Assembly: GCF_964204645.1 (NCBI RefSeq)
Contig: NC_134034.1
Span: 1,054,001-1,118,000 of the forward strand
Length of the DNA stretch: 64,000 nucleotides
Reading direction: 5' to 3'
From: Tubulanus polymorphus
Lineage: Eukaryota > Animalia > Nemertea
Part shown: piece by piece, positions 11,001-21,841 of the stretch
How positions within the stretch are numbered: position 1 is the stretch's first letter
How the letters are laid out: every line of letters begins with the position of its first letter
The notes under the pieces: model-generated
Seen by the model: the letters and a program-made list of their open reading frames with translations, nothing else
Told to the model about the DNA's origin: nothing
Database searches by the model: none
Made by a program: the position numbers and the translations under genes

Positions 11001-14000
11001 TTTAATTCCCCTTTTGCGAAATTGATTTCCACATTTTCCGAATCAAAGCTTGAAAGTTCGGCTATAGGGGTATAGATATATTTCTGTTTCAAATGTAATC
11101 AAATAATCTAAAACTTGAAATCAGGAGGAATTCTCACTTTCTTTTTTTTCGTTGACAGTTCCGACTCCGGAAGATGAAGATAAAGAAGGGTAAGTTATTT
11201 CTTATTTTGATTATTTTGAATTCTGGCCATTCGATTTAGGGTTGTAAAATCACTTAACGGTTTCAGTGAAAAGTACTTTAAGTAATTGAAGTCACACGTT
11301 GGCTATTAGCCAGTAGGTATGCAGGTGACAATTACATATACTCATATTAATCTAGTGCATCAGAACTTACATATTTCACTGGAATTAAGGAGTTTAACTT
11401 GTGTGAGGACAATTTAGAGCTGGGTTAATCTATAGTTGTGAAACCGGGTTGGCAGTTCTGGATCCAGTTCTACAGTTCTGGACCCTGATCTACTGTTCAG
11501 GACTCAGTTCCACAGTTCTGGATCCAGTTCCACAGTCTGGACTCAGTTCCACAGTTCTGGATCCAGTTCCACAGTTCTGGATCCAGTTCTACAGTTCTGG
11601 ACCCTGATCTACTGTTCAGGACTCAGTTCCACAGTTCTGGATCCAGTTCCACAGTCTGGACTCAGTTGCACAGTTCTGGGTCCAGTTCCACAGTTCTGGA
11701 TCCAGTTCCACAGTTCTGGACTCAGTTCCACAGTTCTGGATCCAGTTCCACAGTTCTGGACTCAGTTCCACAGTTCTGGATCCAGTTCCACAGTTCTGGA
11801 TCCAGTTCTACAGTTCTGGACTCAGTTCCACAGTTCTGGATCCAGTTGCACAGTTCTGGATCCAGTTGCACTTTTCTGGACTCAGTTCAACAGTTCTGGA
11901 CTCAGTTCCACAGTTCTGGATCCAGTTCCACAGTTCTGGATCCAGTTCCACAGTCTGGACTCAGTTGCACAGTTCTGGGTCCAGTTCTACAGTTCAGGAA
12001 TCAAGTTCCACAGTTCTAGATCCAGTTCTACAGGTCTGGACTGAAGTGACAGTTCTGGACTGAAGTTCCACATTCCTGGACCCACTTCCACAGTTTTCGA
12101 TACAGTTCCACAGTTCTGGATTCAAGTTCCACAGTCTAGGGCTGCAGATTTATTGTTTATTTCTAGTTGGACGGCTGTTCACCCGAGATTGATGTCAGTT
12201 CCCGAGTTATGTCACTATATCGCTGAGCTATGGACCACCGGAACGATGCTGTTTAACGATTTCTGGAAATACAGACGTGAACACCCGGCTAAGGTGCGTA
12301 CGGCGGGTGTCATCAGTTTTCACTCAGATATCCGCAGTTATTTTCCTATAGATATTCAATTCAGGCTCAGTGTGTTAGCACCAGCTTAAAACCCTCTCAG
12401 TGTTGACTAATTAATACTCGAAAGTGCTGCAGATGATTTGAAATCGTTAAAAACTCAACCACAGAGTATTGTTTAACGGGGATACTAGTGCATCTACACC
12501 ACAGCGCGGTGTACTATCAGTTACAGGGTGTCATTAATACATCATGGTGCGATGTAATAGCTAGTGTTGTTTAACGGGGATACTAGTGGGTCTACACCAC
12601 AGCGCGGTGTACTGTTAGTTACAGGCTGTCATCAATACATCATGGTGCGATGTAATAGCTAGTGTTGTTTAACAGGGATACTAGTGCGTCTACACCACAG
12701 CGCGGTGTACTGTTAGTTACAGGCTGTCATCAATACATCATGGTGCGATGTAATAGCTAGTATTGTTTAACGGGGATACTAGTGCGTCTACACCACAGCG
12801 CAGTGTACTGTTAGTTACAGGGTGTCATCAATACATCATGGTGCGATGTAATAGCTAGTGTTGTTTAACGGGGATATTAGTGCGTCTACACCACAGCGCG
12901 GTGTACTGTTAGTTACAGGGTGTCATCAATACATCATGGTGCGATGTAATAGCTAGTGTTGTTTAACGGGGATACTAGTGCGTCTACACCACAGCGCGGT
13001 GTACTGTTAGTCACAGGGTGTCATCAATACATCATGGTGCGATGTAATAGCCAGTGTTGTTCAACGGGGATATTAGTGCGTCTACACCACAGCGCGGTGT
13101 ACTGTTAGTTACAGGGTGTCATTAATACATCATGGTGCGATGTAATAGCTAGTGTTGTTTAACGGGGATAATAGTGCGTCTACACCACATCGCGGTGTAC
13201 TGTCAGTTACAGGGTGTCATTAATACATCATGGTGCGATGTAATAGCTAGTGTTGTTTAACGGGGATACTAGTGCGTCTACACCACAGCGCGGTGTACTA
13301 TCAGTTACAGGGTATCATCAATACACCGTGATGCTGTGTAATAGCTAAGTGTGTCACCGATTTATACACCGCACTGCGGTGTAGACGCACTGTAAAAGTT
13401 TGAATAAATGTAAAATGGTTTGAAAAAATGTTTGCGTCTAATTTCAGTTTTGCGTTTTGACTTCAATCGGTTTTACAATATTAGCAGTTATCGGACATTT
13501 CATATCAGGAATAATGATCGCTTATATAACCAGTAAGTCGACATTGTCGCGTCGGTTTCTACGGTAATGTATTGAGTTTGTAGCTACGGTAACGACGGTA
13601 TCGCGTTTGTATTGTTGCAGTAATGAGTTTGTTGCTATGGCCGTGCGTCGCCTACAACAGTTTACTACATAAAATATATATGAAATTTGAGCCGATGTTG
13701 ATGCAGTTGGAATACAGTATGAAAATAAACAGACGGCGACACAGATCTACAAAGAGTATGTATTAGAGATGATGTCATAGGGGGATTTATAGAGGCAGAC
13801 ATCATTTCTAGAAGTGTCTATAGATCAAATAACTAGTTGGTAATTTGATGATGTCATAGGGGTATTTTATGGAGGCAGACATCTTTTCTAGAAGTGTCTA
13901 TAAATCAAATCAATGGTAGACAATTTGATGATGTCATAGGGGGATTTATGTAGGCAGACATCTTTTCTAGAAGTGCCTATAGATCAAATCAATGGTAGAC

Positions 14001-15815
14001 AATTTGATGATGTCATCGAGGGATTTATAGAGGCAGACATCTTTTCTAGAAGTGTCTATTAATCAAATCACTGGTAGATAATTTGATGATGTCATAGGGG
14101 GATTAATAGGGGCATACATCTTTTGTGTTTATAGATCACTAGTAAACAATTTGATGATGTCATAGGGGGATTTGTAAAGGCAGACATCTTTTCTGTTAGG
14201 GTCTATAGATCAAATCACTGGTAGACAATTTGATGATGGCATAAGAGGTATTCATGGAAAATGTTTTATTTTGTTTGTAGAGCGTTGTGGTGATGAGGTA
14301 GAGAAGGAGGATAGTAAGGATCACGTTGAGACCGATACGGACAGCGAACTCGGCGAGTTCTGTCCGTCGTCGATCAGCGCCGAGGCGACGGCCGCGTTAG
14401 CTCGAGCGATCACCGACAGCGAGGACGAACGAGCGTCGTCTAGATCGCAGTCTCCGGAGTTAGAACCGCGCGATGATGTCGTCAATGGTACGAGTTATAA
14501 TAGTTCAATCGATATGTTTTTACCGTCGACCGATTCGGCTAGTTTTCCCGGTACGTGTGGCGCCCTCTATTAATATACTACTAGCTCCACCTATTGCTTC
14601 TATAACGAGTACAACTACAGCAGGGTTCTTACGGATCAAGGAAATTCGAGTCTGCTTTGTAAATCAGGGAATAAAGTCGGGGAATTTGAAAAAGAGCTTT
14701 GTGCCGAATTTGGATTTATTAATCTGTAAGAACTCTGTACGACAGCATGTTGGTTTATGTTTTCTAACAAGGACAGAGGCGGTCCGGACCCTCGCCATCC
14801 CATTGAGGTTGCCCTTTCCGTCAAGCTGCACTTTGACACTCATCCTTTCAGAATTAACATCTCTTTAAATACTCAAATACTGACGGAGGGACCTCACTAG
14901 TGGACCTCAATAGGAGGGACCTCACTAGGACGGACCTCACTAGTGGGCCTCACTAGTGGACCTCAACAGGAGGGATGCTAGTGGACCTCAATAGGAGGGA
15001 CCTCACTATGACGGACCTCACCTGCTTTATCCCAAAAATGCCTTTTCTTTTCACCTGGACTCCAAATGTCCTAAATCCGCCTCTGGTATCGAATTCTCGG
15101 GTCACAAATTTACGTTCGGTATTTTCCAGATATCGAAAACGACACGGATTTGGAACCGTTTATGAGCGAGTTGGCGTTACCGTCGTACGACAGTTCAATC
15201 CTCGACGTCACAGACTCAACGCCGCCGGTTCAACAACAATTACTCGTTCCGAGAACTGTAACGCCACCTGGTGATAAAAAAGATAAAGACGGCAGCAGCA
15301 GTAGCATGCATTTTAAAGAGACACATTTCAAAGAATCGTCGTCCTCGGAGGACGACGCCGATGAGACGCTTATCGCCGGTTTGAATTTCCCCGATCTGGC
15401 CGATGTGCCGAGCGAAACCGGCGCGGCGACCGAAAAAGCGATAATGGCTGCCTCGTACGCTGGATCGGTCGTCTCAAAGACAATCGGCACGGTGATGACG
15501 GGCACGATTAGCGGAATTAGTAAGATAGGTGGCGCCGTCGTTGCTCAGGTTTCGAAAAAGTCGGATTCGGAAGTTCCGTCTGCTCTTGAGGCAGATCCGT
15601 CTGCCGGAGTTGCGGATCCGTCTGCCAGTGTTGCAGACCCGTCTGCCGGAGTCGTGGATCCGTCTGCCGGAGTCGTGGATCCGTCTGCCGGAGTTGTGGA
15701 TCCATCTGCCAGCGCGACAATAGGACACTCAAATACGGCTGATTCGGATTTAGCGGATTTCGAAGTTTTAGATCGCGACGAACTCGACACCGACTCGAAT
15801 ATTAATCAAAATTGA
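8028..15815 (+). CDS. RETREG3: Reticulophagy regulator (FAM134/RETREG family, most like RETREG3), ~516 aa, 8 coding exons
   Basis: Exons 8028-8200, 8745-8851, 11159-11189, 12167-12293, 13448-13532, 13621-13755, 14281-14487, 15130-15815. GT-AG, 1551 nt. Motifs RVQSVLVWEKP, KKRIWPEIKV, WTAVHPRLMSVPELCHYIAE, EHPAKFCV (reticulon-homology domain), DTDSELGEFCP and the C-terminal LIR DSDLADFEVLDRDEL. The paralog name is approximate. Confidence 0.92.
9764..10706 (-). ncRNA. Tandem array of 14 x 69-bp units, each containing a minimal type I hammerhead ribozyme-like motif (retrozyme/Penelope-like remnant)
   Basis: Minus-strand unit: UAUUC-CUGAAGA-U-GACUAU(UAGGAU)AUAGUC-GAAAC-GUU/GUC-GAAUA-AAC. It has core boxes CUGANGA and GAAA, a 6-bp helix II, a 5-bp helix I, palindromic ACGU as helix III, an NUH triplet and an overlapping AAUAAA. 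The tandem repeat is certain; ribozyme activity is inferred. Confidence 0.75.
11450..12140. repeat. 20-bp satellite (CCAGTTCCACAGTTCTGGAT variants)
   Basis: About 30 or more degenerate tandem copies in RETREG intron 3. Same family, inverted, at 46800-46970, 59340-59550 and 63320-64000. Confidence 0.92.
12390..13397 (-). mobile_element. Inverted copy of the piggyBac-type MITE expanded by an internal 98-bp tandem array (~9 copies, 12465-13345)
   Basis: Flanks match the reverse complement of the 3219-3506 MITE (CCCTCTCAGTG..TAATTAATACTC.. and ..TACACCGCACTGCGGTGTAGACGCACTG). The unit contains AGTGCGTCTACACCACAGCGCGGTGTA; period 98 bp (12563, 12661, 12759). Confidence 0.8.
13770..14258. repeat. 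79-bp intronic satellite family (~6 copies)
   Basis: GATGATGTCATAGGGGGATTTA... units fill RETREG intron 6. Confidence 0.9.
14885..15022. repeat. Short degenerate tandem repeat (GGACCTCACTAGT / GGACCTCAATAGGAG)
   Basis: About 9 GGACCTCA cores in RETREG intron 7. Confidence 0.75.
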
Positions 15816-15877
15816 TAAAACGAAAGCAAATGGGATGAATTCGACTTTGATGATGAAAAGAATATTTAACGTAAGTT

Positions 15878-16019
15878 AAGGCAGGCGTAGGTCGTTGATG
15901 TCAGTGCGACCATCTGCTTTTGCGACTGATTGGAAAATGTCGTACACCATCGCTGACCATTATTTTGTGACCAGTTTTGACAGATCGCTAGCAGTCACAA
16001 TTCGACCTACGTCCGCCTT
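15878..16019. mobile_element. Small MITE-like element in the RETREG 3' UTR
   Basis: Inverted ends AAGGCAGGCGTAGGTCG / CGACCTACGTCCGCCTT. Confidence 0.55.
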
Positions 16020-18042
16020 CTAATACTTCACGAAAAACTCATATGTAACTCATTAGTTACAGCATCAAGAACTCACATCGGACTCATGAATCAGTGTGTG
16101 AATCACTCATATTGGACTTATGAGTTTGAGTGCAAAGAACTCACTCGGAACTCATGAGCTAGAGCATAAGAGCTCACATTGAATGCAAGATTTATCGTGT
16201 ATGGTACCAGTATATGACTCGCGTGGATCTCATGCTTTAGAGCATGAAGAACACTTATGGACTTCATGAGTTTGAGTATGAAGAACTCACGAGTTCAAGG
16301 GCGCATAAACAACTCAAATATGTTTTTAAACTCTGGGGCGGTTTTTGTGATAAAAGATATAACTAGTCTATGGATAGGTCTTACTATTACTCATTGATCT
16401 ATATAGAACGTTCCTGAAAAACGGTAGCCTTCATAAATCCCCCTATGACGGCATGAATTTTTTAAAGTTTTGAGTAATAGAAGCTTCCAGAGAGTTTGTC
16501 TGACTCCATAAATCCACCTAGAAATTGGGAGATTTTGAAAAAGCCATCATTTCGTGTAGGGTCTCTTTGATGATGTCACGGGGGAATTTATGGAGGCAGC
16601 CATCATTTCGCGAAGCGTCTATATCATTGGTGTTAGAGCTGCCGCAGTAATCAAATGATGGAAATAATCTGTAATCATTTTTCTCCGCTGGGCGACCGAG
16701 TCGTAACCTGCGGGCCCTTTAGTTGGATACATCCTTGGAAATATTCGCGCAAAAAAAACTAATAATCAGAGTAGGTTTTTTTTTTTCATCTTTAAACGTG
16801 AATTAAAAAAACGATTTTGTATTTCGTTTGGCTGTGATAGAAACGTGTTTTTTTTTTATTGTTCACCAACCTGTTAGGCGTGAAAATTTATTTTTAAAAA
16901 CTGCAAAATTTGTGATGTCAAAGGGGGAGGCTTCAATTTCTCTGGCCGAGGAATTTTTTATGCTACACTATTAAGAGTTATTTTATTACAAATATTATTC
17001 GAGATTTTATCATTATCATAAATTATAGTATAAAGGTTATTTAGCGGGTAATTAATGATTACCTAGTTAATTAACTGGCCATTGTTGATTGGTATAACTA
17101 ACGGTATTACATGTGCTAACATTCATGGGAACTATTTATATAGTGTATGAAAACCTAAGATGCTTTTTATAGGTTTTAGAACTGGGCTTAGACCGGTCTT
17201 ATACTCGAGTCCATTGTGAAACCGGTCGCAGTTCACGAACTAGCCTATTATAGTCTGAGGTTATAAGTCATGACCGCGTGCAATTAGGTCCCGATTTAAA
17301 CTTATCCCTCCCCTCGCTGTAGAGGTTATTGTAAAATTCCACTGTCTTAGTTTGTAGTATTTTTCACTGCACTTTTTCTGTATAACTTCATGAATCTAAT
17401 CGATATCAATGCTGTGAATAATTTTGGCTGAAATAAAAAATGAATTATTTATTTGAACACAGCTTTGTTCAGTTTTCTTGACGCTCAAACACTGTTTCAG
17501 TGGAACCTCGATGATACCGCTTACAACAAACTTCACGAAACTAAAAAACTTTATAACCGATAGTTCTATGAAGAACTTTTTATTTAGTTCTATCAAAAAT
17601 GATGAATGTTCGGTTCTATCTACAGTAGAACCTCGCTACATTATCAATGAACTTCAAGGACCAGAAAATCTGTTTGTTACATCCATCATCAAATTGTTAA
17701 ACTTTTCCTATTTGAGATGAAATTTTAGGTTTGTACAATGGATTGATCTGTTACTAGAGGTTCTTGTAGCAGAGGTATGACATGTCGGTTCCAATTTGTC
17801 AATACAGAGGGCGACGGTAGTAGATTAAAGAGGAATAGTTCGGATTTGCCACTGGAATCGAGACGAGTACGGTGGATCTTCCAGACGAGGTTCCACCGTG
17901 GATAGTTCTGAAGGCAATCCTAGGTCAAACTCAATCCTCATTATTCGTTGTGCAGACTTGAAAATCCACAGAAAGAATCAACTATTGAATAAAACTCCAC
18001 AAGATGACGAATAACTGCCAGCCTGGAGTCGTAGGCCCCAGC

Positions 18043-18432
18043 GAGTCCTCAATCCTCATAATTGTCCAGACTACAAGAAAATCCTCACATCATCGAATGG
18101 AATAAACCACAATATAAAATGCTACATGTTGTAATATGTAGGTCGTAGAGAGTCCTCAATCCTCGTTAAGCCGGTCAGACTACAAGAAAATCCTCACATC
18201 ATCGAATGGAATAAACCACAATATAAAATGCTACATGTTGTAACATGTAGGTCGTAGAGAGTCCTCAATCCTCGTTAAGCCGGTCAGACTACAAGAAAAT
18301 CCTCACATCATCGAATGGAATAAACCACAATATAAAATGCTACATGTTGTAACATGTAGGTCGTAGAGAGTCCTCAATCCTCGTTAAGCCGGTCAGACAA
18401 CAAGAAATTCCTCACATCATCAAAAAGAATAA
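18043..18432. repeat. 109-bp tandem repeat (~3.5 copies)
   Basis: AGTCCTCAATCCTC at 18151, 18260 and 18369; lies between the convergent 3' ends of RETREG and RPL37A. Confidence 0.9.
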
Positions 18433-18517
18433 ACGCTGAAAGTTTTCAATCAAGTTGTTGTTGTTTTTTCTTGTTTTTTATTTACAGAGCGGTCGTTATA
18501 TAAATATCGTTACTTAT

Positions 18518-21061
18518 TTATGTTTCTTTCATTTCTCGAAGTCGACGAACTGCACTTCTTACAGTCGCGGCGGCGTTGGTGCTACAAAATATAACAATCA
18601 AATACTGAGAGAGTGACGTTATAATAGGGCAGCGCCGGAATCTTCAAAGGGCTGCCAAAGTAGCAAGACTTTCGATCCCCCCAAAAATACAGAAAACTAA
18701 GTTTAAATTTTGAATAATCTCTTATCTGTCACATTAACTCAATGAGGTTATTACAGTGAACTGCATTTTTTAGACCTCAAAAATATGTCTGACTTGAGCG
18801 AAATATCAGACATTGCAAGTTATGTATTATGAATTTCTTAAAAATCAGTGACCCAAAAATTATTTCGAAGTTTCAGAGTTGAACAGTAATCTTGTGTTTG
18901 GAGTCTACTGTATCAGCAGTGATAGAATATCGACATCAACTCTGGTACAGGAGCAGCAGATATTTAACAAGGTAACACAGGGTTGGCCTGTCATAGAAAA
19001 CGCGTGTAGGGGTTAGTAGGGGGCGCTGCTTACCTCTGAACCCAAGCTCCACCAGCAATCGTCTTCTTACAACCTTTACAATGCCAGATACCGACGGCTT
19101 GACGCTTCATAGCATCCTACAACATAGATCGAACACGTGATGTCATAGGGGGATTCATGGAGGCTGACATCTTTTCTATTCACAGATCAAATCACTAGTA
19201 GACAATTTGATGATGAAATCGTACGGGGAATTTATGAAAGCAGACATGTATTCTAGATTAAGTACCAAAAGATTTAATTTGATGATGTCATAGGGGGATT
19301 TATAATAAACGCAAAGCTGTCATGTTCATCGCAAGGGTCTCGAGTGTAGATAGATCAGATTGATGATGTCATAGGGGGATTTGTAAACGCTGTTATATTC
19401 ACTTGAAGGGTATATATACACTATAGTTAGTTACCTAATCGTTGGTGGTAAGCTTTTTATAATCGGATGGGCTTATACCAACGTTAGGGATGACAAGGAC
19501 CAAAACACGGTTGAAAAAAGTAACACTTCAAAAATATACTTTCAATTCACTTCAGTCCACAATTAATGGCTTAATTCACAAACTAACACAGGTACCTTTC
19601 GAAATAATCCAATTTTATGTATGTTTCGAGTGATTAATCAACATTATTTTGAGAAATTAATTAATTTCTCCACAAATTTCGCCATTGGCCGCCATTTCTC
19701 TGTATTGTACATGTGGCATGATAAGACAAGGGGACCTACAAGGATTTATATAAAACTTCCAAGACGAAACGACAATTTTTATTTTTGATGGTTTTCCAAC
19801 TTTTATTTCAAGTCTTCGTGTTTTCCTTAATAAATAATGAAATTATAAATTTCTGGTAAAAGAAAAATGTGAATAAGTGTTGATTTTTTAATTTTTTTAA
19901 ATTTCGTCGTTTCGCTTTGTTAGTTTGTGCTGTTGTCCTGGCCTCAGTCTACAGGTGCCAGCACCTCCAGTAATTTTCAAAATGGCAGCTGTTGACTGGA
20001 CGGAAATTTACTCTCACTTTACGGCCGATTTGCACATGGATTAAGATCGTCAGGTGAGGTGTTATAGGTATCAGACAAACTACGAATCTGTTGTGCGTCG
20101 ATTACAACAAAAATGAGACAGATATCTTAAGAGACAATGAAATGCCAGGCAAATTACTCGTCAGTCAAATTGGCTGACGAAGATTTCATACAAAAATGAC
20201 CTTCCCATTCCTGACTGTGGTTTGTGAAAATATCCGATCGTGAAACTAAACCACAGTCAGGTTACTGACTATATACACTACAGAGATATATCAAATTCGA
20301 TGATGTCATAGGGGGATCGATAGTTTACCTTGCCGCAGAATGAACACGTATATTTGCCGTGTTGCGTTACTTCCATACGTTTAATCGTTTTTCTCAACGA
20401 CGCACCGTAACGCGTGCCGTACTTTCCTGTTATTCCGACCTTCTTCGTGCGCTTGGCCTGGAAGAGGAGAACAAGGAGGAAAATCAAGAAATCAGTAGAG
20501 AACGAGGGGATTGAACCTAGAAAAACCTGTTCCATCGCTGATTTTAGGCCCCAAAGTTAATTGCTTTTCTTCTTATCGGTCATGAAAACAGATCCCTGAA
20601 TAATTTCCGTCATTCTCTTGCCCGAAAACGTAACGAACATCGTTTTTAGTCGAAAAACAGTGTCCAATTTCAGCGTCAGTTTAAGACCAATTTAGGCCCC
20701 GGAATGAGTACCTTTCGATTCAAAAATGGTCAGATAGAATTCTGCACATTATCATAGCAGGATTTCAAGGCTTGATCCGACTGATTAACGCCGGATTAAA
20801 GCGGATTTTGAGGCGTATTTCCAAAAACTCACCATTCTGTAGATTTGTTATGGCTGAAAGGAAGTTAATTGTGCGCACGCGCGCCAGCATTGATAGACAT
20901 CCTAAATACCGAACACAACCGACTGTAGTCAGAATCCGATCAAAGCCTCTTTCAGAATAAAAATGCTATAAAGGCACAATACTTTTCTAACAGCTTCCGG
21001 ATCTTACTTTTTTAAATCGCTAACAGTTTACAAAATCATACACGGAAAGAGTTCGAACCAT
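18518..21061 (-). CDS. RPL37A: 60S ribosomal protein L37a (eL43), 92 aa, 4 exons
   Basis: Exons (minus): ATG alone at 21061-21059, then 20457-20329, 19116-19034, 18581-18518. Protein: [92 protein letters not shown], with a C4 zinc ribbon. Confidence 0.97.
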
Positions 21062-21218
21062 TTTAAAACGCCCAGCAGGGCGTCCTTAGCTCAATGGCCG
21101 TGACCGGGGCCGGCTTTTATACCCGACCCCGCACATTCAATTCAACTCCACTTTATTGACAGAAGCCGGAAGTTACACAAGTGGAAGAAACGTGAAAATT
21201 GTTCTCCTTTTAATCGAG
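21062..21218. promoter_or_regulatory. Compact bidirectional promoter RPL37A / ZNF622
   Basis: Minus-strand TATAAAA at 21121-21115 upstream of the RPL37A ATG. ETS-type CCGGAAGT at ~21166-21173. A + strand donor GAG|GTAAGA at 21219 likely ends a non-coding first exon of ZNF622. Confidence 0.6.
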
Positions 21219-21841
21219 GTAAGATTTCGGGTGTTGTCATAGTTTGTCAGTAAGTCGAGGTCTGTGAAAGAGGTCGTTCTATGTCATGATGTTTACTGAA
21301 ACTGGACGAATCGATCCCTTTTATCTGATTGGTTCTGTCGTAAATGAAACTGATGAAGATGAGAATGACGATGATGATGTCGATGAGCGCGATGATTACT
21401 GTGAGTTGAATGCTCTGTAGTAGTCTGTTTTCAAACTGTTCGATTGTGGTTTTTAAACTAGCAGTTAAACCAGACCGCAATATAGATAGTCCAGTAACTG
21501 GACTGAAAGTTAAAAGTCAAAAATATTCAGAGCATAGTAGTAGTAGGTAGCCGCAACTGAGGCCGAGGGCAAAAAGGCGGCGGGGCACGGTTGATGGTCG
21601 AGTCGGGTTTCTCCATCTTGGTGTGTCTCTGATAAGCTAATGTGCGGCTTTTTGGTCCAGAGCAAATGGAACTGCAGTTTTAGTCTGGCACCTGAACTGT
21701 GGTTTAGTCCAGTAATAGCAGCTGGACTGCTTTAGTCCGTTACAAGACTGTGCTTTAGTCGGTAACCAGACTACAGTTTATTTAGTCCTATAACCAGACT
21801 ATTCAACCCCTCCCCTCTGTTTTCTGATTTCAGATTGGGAT

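Noticed and set aside
11666-12063. ORFs such as [17 protein letters not shown] (also 59232-59611, 63296-63947, 54574-55041, 365-606)
   Set aside because: Translations of tandem repeats.
18582-21058. Canonical snoRNA in RPL37A introns
   Set aside because: No correctly spaced C/D or H/ACA boxes found by eye; only hairpins are reported.
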